From positions 2,464,001-2,528,000 of the forward strand of contig OZ242358.1 in the NCBI GenBank assembly GCA_965208835.1: a stretch of DNA of 64,000 bases. The letters are read 5' to 3'. How positions within the stretch are numbered: position 1 is the stretch's first letter; every line of letters begins with the position of its first letter. The notes under the pieces are model-generated. The model saw nothing but the letters and a program-made list of their open reading frames with translations, was not told the origin of the DNA and searched no databases. A program made the translations under genes and the position numbers. This DNA is from Candidatus Latescibacterota bacterium. Lineage in GTDB: Bacteria > Latescibacterota > UBA2968 > GCA-2709665. This document shows positions 1-9,752 of the stretch, in pieces.

Positions 1-3
1 GAT

Positions 4-783
4 ATGCGTTTCGTAATGAAGTTGATTCTGATTGGATTGCTGTTGTCGTGGCCGGCGATCGGAAAGGCGCAACTTATGGATCCGGGCGCCGAGAAACCTG
101 AAGCAGAAGGCGGAGATCCGGCGGGCGCCTGGATGGCGGACTCGACGGCATTGCCGGTTTGGGCGTCTCCCGCCCTGCTGGCTCTCGTCGAAAATGAGTC
201 CATCGACGGAACCGTAACCGGAACTGTGAAACTGGATGCCGGATCCGGCGCATACGAGACGGACTACGTCACATCGGTAAAGGTAGCACTGACGATACCC
301 CTCCTGGGTCAGAGCATCGACAGTACTTTTGTCGACACATTCAAGCAAGCGGGTGCGTTCAGCGTTGAGGATGCCAATCTGATTCTGGTGCCGACGGTTG
401 AGGAAGGAGAAACGGCGGTCAGCGATACGCTTGGCTTTTCCACCAGGAACGACTCGCTGTTTTTGATACAGGTCGTACCTCTGCCACCGCAATACGCGGG
501 AATTATGGCGAATTTCGGGCTGGAAGCACCGCTGGCAATCCTGGGCTTCGCGAAGGTGGAGGGGGAATCCGATCCACCAACTCCCCCTGAACCACCGCCG
601 ACAGGAACGTCGGCTGACTTCAATGGCGACGGGAGCGTGGACTTCTCGGACTTTTTAGCGTTCGCCCGACAATACGGGCGAAGCGAGGGTGATGAAGGTT
701 ACGATGCACGGTTTGACCTTAATGGTAACGGATCGGTCGATTTTCAGGATTTTTTGGCCTTCGCCCAGCAATACGGGCAGTAG
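4..783 (+). CDS. Secreted protein with C-terminal paired EF-hand/dockerin-like Ca-binding motifs
   Basis: N-terminal signal peptide, Pro/Thr linker (PPTPPEPPPT), then two DxNGxGxVDFxDFLAFA repeats. Confidence 0.8.
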   Translation: MRFVMKLILIGLLLSWPAIGKAQLMDPGAEKPEAEGGDPAGAWMADSTALPVWASPALLALVENESIDGTVTGTVKLDAGSGAYETDYVTSVKVALTIPLLGQSIDSTFVDTFKQAGAFSVEDANLILVPTVEEGETAVSDTLGFSTRNDSLFLIQVVPLPPQYAGIMANFGLEAPLAILGFAKVEGESDPPTPPEPPPTGTSADFNGDGSVDFSDFLAFARQYGRSEGDEGYDARFDLNGNGSVDFQDFLAFAQQYGQ

Positions 784-806
784 CAGCGAGCGTGGTACCG
801 TCTTAT

Positions 807-1577
807 CTACGGGACGCCGGTCAAGAGTAGGCCGCCGTCCACGGGCAACGAGACACCGTTGACATTGGCCCCGTGTGGGCCGCAAAGGAAGACCACGGTG
901 CGTCCGATATCCTCAGGAGTGCCATACCGATGTGTGGGGATGAAGCTCTGGAGACGTTCCGGTGCGCTGCCCCGCGCGGGTGGTGGCTCGCCGAAGACGT
1001 GTTCGGTATCCATATATCCTGGCAGGATCGCGTTACAGCGAATGCCGAGGGCGGCCAGTTCAAAGGCCATGCTCATGGTAAGCCGCAGAATCCCCGCTTT
1101 GGCTGTGCCGTAGCAGGTGTCGTTTGCCCACACGGACTGTGCGTGTACCGAGGAAATGCTCACAATGCTCCCGCCCTCGCCCCGTTCCGCCATGTTACGG
1201 GCGGCCGCCTGGCTGCAAAGGAAATACCCTTTCAGACAGACGTCCAGCGTGCGGTCCCAGATTGCTTCGGTGATTTCCAGAAAAGGCCTGCTTTCGGATG
1301 CGTACGGGTTGTTGACCAGGATGTCGACGCGGCCGAAGCGATCCAGAAATGCCTCAAACATCCGATTCACCGCCTCCGCGTTTGAGATATCGGCATCAAA
1401 ATAGGCTGCCTCGCGTCCCGCTTTCCGAACGAGGTCCAGGGTTGTCTCGGCATCGGCGTCGCGCTCGATGTCGTTGATACCCACGTCGCATCCGGCATCC
1501 GCCAGAGCCTGGGCTATCCCCCGGCCGATGCTGCGCCGGGCGCCTGTAACGAGTGCTTTCCTGCCTTCGAGCATCAT
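807..1577 (-). CDS. SDR family NAD(P)-dependent oxidoreductase
   Basis: ALVTGARRSIG Rossmann start, DILVNN, YGTAK catalytic YxxxK, VDGG end; start moved to MMLEGRK because the upstream ORF extension runs through a repeat. Confidence 0.9.
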   Translation of the reverse strand: MMLEGRKALVTGARRSIGRGIAQALADAGCDVGINDIERDADAETTLDLVRKAGREAAYFDADISNAEAVNRMFEAFLDRFGRVDILVNNPYASESRPFLEITEAIWDRTLDVCLKGYFLCSQAAARNMAERGEGGSIVSISSVHAQSVWANDTCYGTAKAGILRLTMSMAFELAALGIRCNAILPGYMDTEHVFGEPPPARGSAPERLQSFIPTHRYGTPEDIGRTVVFLCGPHGANVNGVSLPVDGGLLLTGVP

Positions 1578-1675
1578 AAACGTACCCCGCTGGATAAGGA
1601 ACCGGGAATGGCATGCGATATTGACGCATGAAATACGAACTCGATTTTCGCCTGTCAAACGGAAAAAGGGGGAGG

Positions 1676-1768
1676 TTAACCTGGATTCGTCTTTTTTCGG
1701 GGACGTCAATTCGAATGTGTGCGAGTTAATAGAGGCGATTAGACTGCGGATTACCAGGATACACCAGG
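1676..1768 (-). repeat. MITE-like repeat family A, copy 1
   Basis: Reverse complement matches 10950-11041 and 53032-53123; terminal inverted repeat TATCCTGG...CCAGGTTA. Confidence 0.8.
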
Positions 1769-1937
1769 TCACTGGACGTGAACGGAAAATACGTCCTTCC
1801 TGACGACCGTTTCGGCCCGTTTCGGAGAGTCTCGTCGCGGTGCCGTGTTGCGGCTTTTGCGGATTTAAGATTAACGATGCCTTCCCCTCTGATCTGAACG
1901 ATGGTTTCACTCGCGGCCTTACTGCAGGAGAACGCCA

Positions 1938-2639
1938 TTGAAACAGACGGTGACGGTTGCGTTTACTTTCCTTGTGATATGGTCACACCCGGCGACCCCG
2001 GAGTCGAATCCAAACGTAACGGCATTGGAAGACAGTCTGTACGTTGCCGCGGATTCCGTGGTCACGCTGCTTGCGCCCGAACTGCACGTTGCCGCGGCCG
2101 CTATGGAAGCGGGAGAGTATTCGTTGGCGGCGGCGAAACTCAAGGCGCTCGCCCGGAAAGACACCGCAAACGTCGGCGTGCTGCGCATGCTCGCGAGCGC
2201 CTATCTGAGGCGCGAGGCGTACGTAGCGGCCGTTCCGGTTTGCGAAAGGATTGCCATGCTGGACTCCACGGACGCGGGGATCAGGGTGGCGCTGGGTTTC
2301 ATGCATGGGAAGCTTGGAAATGCGGACCGGGCCCTGGAGGCGTATCGGGACGCGATCGACGCGAATGCAGAAACGATTCAGGCATATCAGGGTCTGGGAT
2401 GGATTCATCTGCAGCGGCGCGAATTTCAGGAAGCCCTGAACATGATCGCGAAGTCCACGGAGCTTGCGCCGGAGTACGCCCCGAATTACGTGCTTATGGG
2501 GCGGGTCCTGACGGCGCAGGGATTTTACGTTAATGCCCGGCAGGCCTTTCAGACCGCGTTCAGGCTGGACCCCGGATTGAGGGAACAATACGGCATTCTG
2601 CTTCAGGAGATTGTCCTGAGGCACGGGCTTGAACGGTGA
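1938..2639 (+). CDS. Tetratricopeptide repeat protein, probably exported
   Basis: Signal-like N-terminus, several TPR units (AYQGLGWIH, NYVLMGRVL, AFRLDP); TTG start after AGGAG. Confidence 0.8.
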   Translation: MKQTVTVAFTFLVIWSHPATPESNPNVTALEDSLYVAADSVVTLLAPELHVAAAAMEAGEYSLAAAKLKALARKDTANVGVLRMLASAYLRREAYVAAVPVCERIAMLDSTDAGIRVALGFMHGKLGNADRALEAYRDAIDANAETIQAYQGLGWIHLQRREFQEALNMIAKSTELAPEYAPNYVLMGRVLTAQGFYVNARQAFQTAFRLDPGLREQYGILLQEIVLRHGLER

Positions 2640-2758
2640 GGGACCCGCGAGGATGTTTTCCCGGGTCGCCAATTACGCCGTTTTCTGCAAACGAATTTTC
2701 GGGGGAAGCGGGTTTGGCGCACGTGGGCGGGACGCCGTCCGGAAGGAACGGGCAGGGG

Positions 2759-3517
2759 TTACTTGAGGGAAAAACCGATGGGCATGATCATCCAGACGTT
2801 GCGTTTCTCGCCTTCGTGCTTTCCGGGGCGGAAACGGAACTGGCGCGCGGCTGCGATGGCGTTGTTTCGAAAGACCTCGGGCCCGCTCACGACCTCCACT
2901 TTCACCACGCGCCCCCGCTTGTCCACGAGCACACGGACTTTTACTATGCCTTCCAGCTTATTCTTGGTGGCCGCCGGCGGATATTCGGGTGCCACGATCC
3001 GGATAGGGTGAGGTTTGTACTCAATGTCAAACTCGTCCATCGGCGCATCTGACGGCGGGCCCGTGGCAATCGGCCCCCGGAGGCGAAGATCCAGGGGGAG
3101 CGAATCGAGATCCAGTTCGGTCGTCTCGATCGTGACGTCTTCGGGCACCTCCTCCCCTTCAACCTCGATCGGCACGGCCGGTCGGGGCGGGGGCGGCGGA
3201 CGTTTGGCCTGGGATGTTTCGGGAATCTGTGCCCACTGGACGACGTCGATCTGCGGTTCGTTCAACACCACGGTGGGGATATGTTCCGGGTAGATGAGAA
3301 CGGTGATCAGCATGCAGAGAAAGGATGCACCCAGCGACTTCAGAAGACGGGCCCGGTAGTCGCGCTTGAGGTCCACGTCGGGATTCTTGGAGCGAACCGA
3401 AACCCGAACACCTGTCGGATGATCCTTCAGGAGACGCAGGAACCTCTCCTGGCGCTCACGAAATCGCGCCAGCTGTGCCAGAAGCGAATGACTGAAGCGA
3501 TGGTGAACGATATTCAT
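2759..3517 (-). CDS. Energy transducer TonB family protein
   Basis: Single TM segment, PPPPPRP linker, C-terminal TonB domain (PEYPPAA...EGIVKVRVLVDKRGRV...FRFRPG...PIGFSL); start uncertain. Confidence 0.85.
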   Translation of the reverse strand: MNIVHHRFSHSLLAQLARFRERQERFLRLLKDHPTGVRVSVRSKNPDVDLKRDYRARLLKSLGASFLCMLITVLIYPEHIPTVVLNEPQIDVVQWAQIPETSQAKRPPPPPRPAVPIEVEGEEVPEDVTIETTELDLDSLPLDLRLRGPIATGPPSDAPMDEFDIEYKPHPIRIVAPEYPPAATKNKLEGIVKVRVLVDKRGRVVKVEVVSGPEVFRNNAIAAARQFRFRPGKHEGEKRNVWMIMPIGFSLK

Positions 3518-3805
3518 TGTTCAGATGAATGGGGTTATGGTTAAATTGAGCATATGCCGGCGTCTGGTACCGATTCGTCTGTCGTAATGGCACTCGCTTC
3601 GGTGGATTGGACGCTCAGAACAACGCTGCAGGAGGTTGGACGGATTCGGAATTCTTCCATTTTATACCCGCAGAACGGGAAAAGGTTCCGGGCCGACGGC
3701 TTCCCCCAGCCCGGCCCGGCATATGCTGAGACGACACGAAGATACTCTCGTGAACCATCGATCCATCGCAGTTCCGCAGGTGTCTCTGAAGTGGCAATTC
3801 ACCAG

Positions 3806-3967
3806 GAAGTTGTTTTAAAATTACCGGTGAGTTCCCGAGCGCGAGCGAAAAAGTGGCGGTCAAGGCGGGAAAATCCGCTCATATTAGTCTACACGGGTGG
3901 GTTTGACCAACGCCGACCGGCGCTTTTGCAGCTGGGCGAAGACCGCCGGGAATTTTCAGACAGCATC
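3806..3967 (+). mobile_element. MITE family B, internally deleted copy (162 bp)
   Basis: Starts GAAGTTGTTTTAAAATTACCGGTGAGTTCCC and ends AATTTTCAGACAGCATC, homologous to 27385-27594 and 44261-44470. Confidence 0.85.
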
Positions 3968-4052
3968 TAAATTAGCCCAGACGTATGAAAAGTCAAGAGC
4001 AAACTTGAAAAAAGGGTCGTGGGTCCATCATTACACGGCATGTCGCGGCGTT

Positions 4053-4388
4053 ATGAACGATAGAACGGGCGTACCGGTTCGCATCGACGTGAACAGGGAC
4101 GACGGCGAGATGGAAATCGAGTGGCGCGGCGGCCGCGTCGACCGTCTGCCGCTCTCCGGGCTGCGGCGCTGGTGTCCATGCGCGCTGTGTTCGGACCGTC
4201 GTGAACAGCAGGTTCGGGGCGCCGGCTTGCACATGTTGACGCCCGAGGAGCGCGATGCGACCGCCGAAGTTACAGATGTGGTTCCGGTGGGCCGGTACGC
4301 CATACAGATCAGGTGGGGAGACGGGCACGATACGGGAATCTATACGTACGACTCCCTGCAAAGAATGGGTGAGGAGCTGACGGGTTGA
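4053..4388 (+). CDS. DUF971 / gamma-butyrobetaine hydroxylase N-terminal-like protein
   Basis: LRxxCPCAxC and VGRYAIQIRWGDGHDTGIY motifs. Confidence 0.85.
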   Translation: MNDRTGVPVRIDVNRDDGEMEIEWRGGRVDRLPLSGLRRWCPCALCSDRREQQVRGAGLHMLTPEERDATAEVTDVVPVGRYAIQIRWGDGHDTGIYTYDSLQRMGEELTG

Positions 4389-4561
4389 ACGGCGCCAGCC
4401 AGGACAGCGTCAGTCGCATCTGTGTTTGACGGTTCCGGCATTGTGACGTCATATTCGAGGTACGTCAGGGGAAGTCCGCGGGGAAACCTCATATACGGGA
4501 GAACGGCATGGCTCAGTCCGTTGAGAGTGGTCTGATCGAAGAGGAGACCGGGAATCAAACA

Positions 4562-5431
4562 ATGCAGTTACCCCACAGGGTTCTGGGCAAAACCGGTGTG
4601 CGGGTGCCCATTCTTGGCTACGGTTCGGCACCCGGCGGTATCGGGATGGATGATGATGAAGCCATTTCGCTCTGTCACATGGCTATCGATCACGGCGTGA
4701 CGTTGATCGATACCGCACCCGGGTATGGCCGGGCTCATCTCCAGCTGGGGCAGGTCATGGCCAGCCGCAGGGACGAGGTCTTCCTCGTCACAAAAACGCC
4801 GGCCGACGACGCGGCCAAGGCGCTCTCGATGTTGGAGAAAGGCCTGAAAGACCTGCAGACCGATCGCGTCGACCTGGTTTACGTGCATTCGATGGGCAAT
4901 CGTGACGTGGACCAGGTGCTGGACTCCGATGGCGCGCTCGAGGGCCTGCGGGAAGCGCGCCGGCGAGGCTGGACCCGGTTCATCGGAGTGACGGCGCACA
5001 ACGCGCCCTGGCGCACCGCCCGGGTATTGAAGGAAGCGGAGCTCGATGTGGTGATGCTTGCCATGAACATTGCGGACCGGTACACGTATAACTTTGAGAA
5101 CGAGGTACTCCCGATCGCTCATGAACAAAACGTCGGCGTGGCGGCCATGAAGGTTTACGGAGGTGCGCTGGACATGAACTATGACAAGCCGACGCTATCG
5201 GCCCTCGCCGCGCATGGGCCGCACGATCATGAAGCGGCGTTGCGGTACGCGCTTGGGCTGCCCGGGGTCGGTACAGCGGTTGTGGGGGTATTCTCCGAGG
5301 CCGAATTGGTGCAGAATGTGGAATGGGCGCGGCGGATTACGCCGCTGGATGCGGCGGACAGCCTCGCTGCGGAACGCGTCGGGCGGCAGGTGGCAGCAGA
5401 CTGGGGTCCGCATTACGGAGCAGTGGAATAG
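4562..5431 (+). CDS. Aldo/keto reductase
   Basis: RVLGKTG start, IDTAPGYG, LVTK, DLVYVH, AMK motifs. Confidence 0.9.
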   Translation: MQLPHRVLGKTGVRVPILGYGSAPGGIGMDDDEAISLCHMAIDHGVTLIDTAPGYGRAHLQLGQVMASRRDEVFLVTKTPADDAAKALSMLEKGLKDLQTDRVDLVYVHSMGNRDVDQVLDSDGALEGLREARRRGWTRFIGVTAHNAPWRTARVLKEAELDVVMLAMNIADRYTYNFENEVLPIAHEQNVGVAAMKVYGGALDMNYDKPTLSALAAHGPHDHEAALRYALGLPGVGTAVVGVFSEAELVQNVEWARRITPLDAADSLAAERVGRQVAADWGPHYGAVE

Positions 5432-5447
5432 AGAGCGATCGGGACAT

Positions 5448-6578
5448 ATGACAATCGACAGCCGTGCCCGCGTGCGGATCGCACATAACGGCCGGCGGAT
5501 TCTTCCCATTGTGTCGTCCTCGCTTGTGGTGGTGATTCTGTGTGCATGCGGGGTCGACGAAACAGGGTCGCCGCTGGGAAGTGTGGCGCCCAGGTCCTTT
5601 GGGGCCGTCGGTTCGATGGTCGAACCCAGGCGGGACCATACGGCAACGCTGCTGCCCGACGGCACCGTGTTGGTGGCCGGAGGGATACACGTGGTGACCG
5701 CCGGCGTCGAAGAACCGCTGAAGAGCGCGGAGGTCTTCGATCCTGTCACCGGGCGGTTTCGGCAAACAGGCAACCTGCCCGACGGGCGAAGCGGGCACGT
5801 GGCCGCCTTGCTGAGTAACGGCAAGGTGTTGATCGCCGGGGGAGGCCGGCAATCGCTGGTCCTGTACGATCCCGAGTCCGGTTCCTTTGCTGGCAGTACG
5901 GCCGGCAGCAGAATCCAGCGCCCGAGATCGGCGACGGCGCTTCCGGATGGAAGGGTGCTGTTGCTGGGCGATCTCACCTTCACGGCGGAAATCTACGACC
6001 CGTCAAAAGACGAAATCGTAAAGACCCTCCTGGTGGGCACGAGGCGCATTCAACAGACCGCGACGCTGCTGAACAACGGAGACGTACTCATCGCGGGCGG
6101 CGCCAGGGGACTTACCGAACGCTTCGATCCCGATACCGACCTGTTCTCGGCGCCGGGAAGTGCCAGCCTGCAGGTCGTGAGATTCGGGCATACGGCAACG
6201 TTGCTGAACGACGGTCGTGTGCTGCTGGCCGGCGGCAGCGCCGAGTTCGGGGCGGGCGTTTTCAGCCCCGTGAGCAGCACGGAGATTTTCGATCCCGATC
6301 TCCCGTCATTCCTGGATCAGAGAAGCATGCAAGTGCCAAGGTTCGGACACTCGGCCACCAGGCTGCGCGACGGAAGGGTGCTCATTGTCGGCGGCGCGGC
6401 GGCTGATGCCGAGATCTACGATCCCAATACGCGTGTGTTTCAGTTTGTAGGCGGAGACGCAGGCCGGATCAGGAGCGGCGCAACCGCCACCCTGTTAAAC
6501 GACGGACGGGTACTCGTGGCCGGGGGTGTGGACGAGGATTTCCTGTATCTCGAGCATGCGCTGGTGTACAATCCATAG
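5448..6578 (+). CDS. Kelch-repeat (beta-propeller) lipoprotein
   Basis: Lipobox-like ILCACG, about six HTATLLxDGxVLxAGG...EIFDP repeats. Confidence 0.85.
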   Translation: MTIDSRARVRIAHNGRRILPIVSSSLVVVILCACGVDETGSPLGSVAPRSFGAVGSMVEPRRDHTATLLPDGTVLVAGGIHVVTAGVEEPLKSAEVFDPVTGRFRQTGNLPDGRSGHVAALLSNGKVLIAGGGRQSLVLYDPESGSFAGSTAGSRIQRPRSATALPDGRVLLLGDLTFTAEIYDPSKDEIVKTLLVGTRRIQQTATLLNNGDVLIAGGARGLTERFDPDTDLFSAPGSASLQVVRFGHTATLLNDGRVLLAGGSAEFGAGVFSPVSSTEIFDPDLPSFLDQRSMQVPRFGHSATRLRDGRVLIVGGAAADAEIYDPNTRVFQFVGGDAGRIRSGATATLLNDGRVLVAGGVDEDFLYLEHALVYNP

Positions 6579-6626
6579 AGAAACCAATACGGGCGGATAC
6601 AGCACAACCGAGGCTGAATCACGTAG

Positions 6627-6725
6627 CAGTCCGTTGAAAAAGTCGCTCTGCAGGCGAGGCCGCGCAACGCAGTATTTCGACCACAATGGCCGGCCGCAGA
6701 CCGGATGGATTTTTTCAACGGGCTG
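6627..6725 (+). mobile_element. MITE family C, copy 1
   Basis: TIR CAGTCCGTTGAAAAA...TTTTTCAACGGGCTG; reverse complement homologous to 50028-50189 and 51738-51809. Confidence 0.8.
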
Positions 6726-6919
6726 GTAGGGACGGCCTCTGTTTTTTGTTCCATAGCTCTGGAAGACAGGCCAGCGGTGCCGCAGTTTCCCCGGCTGCCA
6801 TTTCTTCCGGACATCACGGCGGTCGTGTCGGCGACCTCGCCGGTCCTGCAGGGTCGAGCTCCATCCGCTGACGTGACCGTTATCGTCCGTTTGTTTACTT
6901 CAATCCGGTTCAGAATGCC

Positions 6920-8914
6920 ATGAGTCAGCCCGATTCCCGCATCCGACCCCCGGCGGAAGATTCCCCGGTCTCAGACGCGGAAGGATTGCGCGGAACCGTA
7001 GTCGCATTATCGGTTGCGATGCTGGTTTTCGCTTGTGTGGCGGCGACGTTTCTGGAGTTCAGGTCCCGTTCCGCGCATATGGCCATGGCGAATCTGCCTC
7101 TGGCTGTGTTGTTGCCCTTTGTCGCCTGGCTCCTGGTCAACGCCCTGCTGAAGCGGTTTGTTCCCTGGCTCTCCCTGACTTCGGCGGAATTGAGGCTGGC
7201 CCTGAGCATGCTCTGGGTGGGCGGTTCATTTGCCGGATACAACTGGATCACTCAGTGGGTGGGCGCAATGGCGGCTCCAAGGTACTACGCCTCCCCTGAG
7301 AACAGGTGGCGCGAGTTGATATTCGACTACCTGCCCTGGTGGATGTTTCCATCTGATTTTCCCGGAGTCACCGAGGGGTTCTTCCTGGGAATCGAAAAGG
7401 GCGCGGGCGTGCCCTGGGGGGCATGGCTGGGGCCGGTTTTCTGGGCGATGTCCGCCGGCGCCGCGATGACGGCGATCGGGGTGGGGTTGACCGCGGTGTT
7501 TCAGAAGCAGTGGGTCCGGCACGAACGGCTCACCTATCCGCTGGCGCAGGTGCCGATCGATCTGACGGAAGGATTCGACCGGAAGCGAGGCTGGCCCCCG
7601 TTTGCGCGTCAGTGGTTGTTCTGGACGGGCTTCGCGATTTCAGCGGTCCCCCTGCTGTGGAACCTGATTGAATATTGGAGTCCCGGGTTTCCCCGGCTGG
7701 CGATCTTTGACGCGTATTATGGTCCAACCGGGCCCAGGGGCGCGGAGCTGTCCCGCTATCTGCAGCCTTTCTCCTACCGTATGTTGCCCACCTTACTCGG
7801 CTTTACGTTCCTGTGCGACCTGGATATCCTGTTCAGCATCTGGTCGTTGTGGCTTTCCGGACAGCTGGGTCTGTATGCGATGTCCAGGGTTGGATTCTCG
7901 GTGGGCCTCGTGGGGCAGGAGGCGAAACCGCCCACAATTCTCGGTCTGTTCACGCACGGCGTCAGCATGGGCATGGTGGTCTGGACCCTGTGGGCCGCAC
8001 GGGGCCACCTGAAGAGGGTCTTTCGTCAGGTGTTAAGGCCGCGAGACCGCGAAGAGCCGGAAACCGCGATTCTTCCTCCCAGACTGGCCCTGCTTGCAAT
8101 TCTGGCCGGCGGCGTCTATATGGTTTTCTGGCTGAGCCGGGCGGGTTACAGCGTCACTGTCGGCCTGTCCTGGTTATTGCTTTTCTGGGCAAGTATCCTG
8201 GTTGTGATGAAATTTCTGGCCGCGAGCGGGTTTGCCTATCTGTTTCCCAGTTTTCCGACTTCGATCCTGAATATGACCGTGGGCGCGAACCGGATGAACG
8301 AATCCACGCTCGTGGGGCTGCGCCTGGTGAACTGGAGGCTGCTGGCCGGGTGGCGGCTGCCGGCGGCGCTTCCTCACGTGGAACGCCTGGCCGGGCGGCC
8401 GGGCCGTACGGGATGGGTCGTGGCTTTCAGCCTCGTAGCGGGCATGCTGGCGGCGATCCTCTATACGGTATCCATCTGTTACCAGGAGGGTGGAAGCACG
8501 TTTCGCACGTGGTCCCTGGTAGGCGCGCCGCGAGGGATGTACGAGGGGATCGCAAAAGCGGTTGCGGATACGGACCCGGAGGTTACCGATCCGGGAAAGA
8601 TAGGCGTATGGCTCCTCGGCGGTCTGGCCGCGGGCGCTATACAGATAATGCAAAGCCGATTCTCCTGGTGGCCGTTTCATCCCCTGGGCGTCATGCTGAT
8701 GTCGAGTGGCTACGTCCGTCTTTACGTACTTGACATTTTCCTGGTCTGGCTGGCCAAGTTGATGGTCCTCCGCTTCGGCGGCATCTCCCTGTACCGGCGG
8801 GTGAAGCCGGTCTGTTACGGGTTGATTGTGGGTTACGTATTCGCCGTTGGCTGTTCCTTTCTGGTGGACCTGATCTGGTTCCCAGAAGGTGGCCACTATA
8901 TTCACGGGTACTAA
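6920..8914 (+). CDS. Polytopic membrane protein, DUF6785/DUF6784-like putative transporter
   Basis: 664 aa with many TM helices; PWxAWxGP, QWxxxERLxYPL, WWPFHPLG and YRRxKPxxxGLIVG motifs recalled for this family. Confidence 0.75.
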   Translation: MSQPDSRIRPPAEDSPVSDAEGLRGTVVALSVAMLVFACVAATFLEFRSRSAHMAMANLPLAVLLPFVAWLLVNALLKRFVPWLSLTSAELRLALSMLWVGGSFAGYNWITQWVGAMAAPRYYASPENRWRELIFDYLPWWMFPSDFPGVTEGFFLGIEKGAGVPWGAWLGPVFWAMSAGAAMTAIGVGLTAVFQKQWVRHERLTYPLAQVPIDLTEGFDRKRGWPPFARQWLFWTGFAISAVPLLWNLIEYWSPGFPRLAIFDAYYGPTGPRGAELSRYLQPFSYRMLPTLLGFTFLCDLDILFSIWSLWLSGQLGLYAMSRVGFSVGLVGQEAKPPTILGLFTHGVSMGMVVWTLWAARGHLKRVFRQVLRPRDREEPETAILPPRLALLAILAGGVYMVFWLSRAGYSVTVGLSWLLLFWASILVVMKFLAASGFAYLFPSFPTSILNMTVGANRMNESTLVGLRLVNWRLLAGWRLPAALPHVERLAGRPGRTGWVVAFSLVAGMLAAILYTVSICYQEGGSTFRTWSLVGAPRGMYEGIAKAVADTDPEVTDPGKIGVWLLGGLAAGAIQIMQSRFSWWPFHPLGVMLMSSGYVRLYVLDIFLVWLAKLMVLRFGGISLYRRVKPVCYGLIVGYVFAVGCSFLVDLIWFPEGGHYIHGY

Positions 8915-9688
8915 ATGACAGATCGCGCGATGAACAGTCCGGCCATCGACGTCCGCGGCGTGAACAAAGTGTTCGAAAGCGATACCGGGCGGGTGGAGGC
9001 GCTGAATGACGTGAACCTGCAGGTGCCTCGGGGCGTTTTCGTGAGCGTTGTGGGACCGTCCGGTTGCGGAAAGACCAGCCTGATGCGCATTGTCGGCGAC
9101 CTGGAGACGCCCACGTCCGGAACCGTACGAGTGAATGGAAAGTTGCCCGCGGAAGCCAGGAATGCCCGGGAAATAGGTGTGGTGTTTCAGAGTCCCGCGT
9201 TGCTGGGCTGGCGGACGGTCGAAGAGAACGTCGGGCTGCCTGGGGAGATATTCAACGATTCCGAAGTGGCGGCCAGGGCCCTTGAAATGGTTCGAACGGT
9301 AGGACTTGAGGGCTTCGAATCCGCCTATCCGAGGCAGCTGTCGGGGGGCATGCAGTCGCGAGTGGCCATCGCCAGGGCGCTGACGTACCGACCTGCGATA
9401 TTGCTGATGGACGAACCGTTCGGCGCGCTGGACGAGATGACGCGAGAGCGCATGCAACTGGAGTTGCTGCGCATCTGGAGGGGTGCAAAACCGGCCGTGC
9501 TGTTTATTACACACAGCATCCCGGAGGCCGTTCTGCTTTCGGACCGCGTGGTGGTGATGTCGCCCCGCCCCGGCAGGCTCGTGGGAGACGTCGCTGTGGA
9601 TTTTCCAAGACCCAGAAACGTAGAACTGCTTTCTCAGCCACGCTTCGTCGAGATGGTGGCGCACCTGAGAACCCTGATGTCTGGCTAG
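8915..9688 (+). CDS. ABC transporter ATP-binding protein (NitT/TauT, SsuB-like)
   Basis: Walker A GPSGCGKT, LSGGMQ signature, LLMDEPFGALD, ITHS. Confidence 0.95.
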   Translation: MTDRAMNSPAIDVRGVNKVFESDTGRVEALNDVNLQVPRGVFVSVVGPSGCGKTSLMRIVGDLETPTSGTVRVNGKLPAEARNAREIGVVFQSPALLGWRTVEENVGLPGEIFNDSEVAARALEMVRTVGLEGFESAYPRQLSGGMQSRVAIARALTYRPAILLMDEPFGALDEMTRERMQLELLRIWRGAKPAVLFITHSIPEAVLLSDRVVVMSPRPGRLVGDVAVDFPRPRNVELLSQPRFVEMVAHLRTLMSG

Positions 9689-9752
9689 GTCTTCACCGGC
9701 GTCTGGCAAGAGGGACACGGTGCCGCCCGCCAGAGTACGCCCATTGCCCCGG

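Noticed and set aside
1578-1910. N-terminal extension of the SDR ORF (807..1910)
   Set aside because: It runs through repeat family A; the SDR fold begins at MMLEGRK (1577)
3554-3970. 138-aa ORF and other short ORFs in this interval
   Set aside because: No recognisable motif, and partly made of MITE family B sequence
5600-6560. Periodic repeats that might suggest a CRISPR or tandem array
   Set aside because: They are in-frame Kelch protein repeats, not identical DNA repeats with spacers
8174-9718. Long antisense ORFs (also 13864-15414, 20355-21995, 22709-24361, 37534-38676, 62283-63566)
   Set aside because: Shadow frames opposite well-supported genes, expected in GC-rich DNA; no motifs
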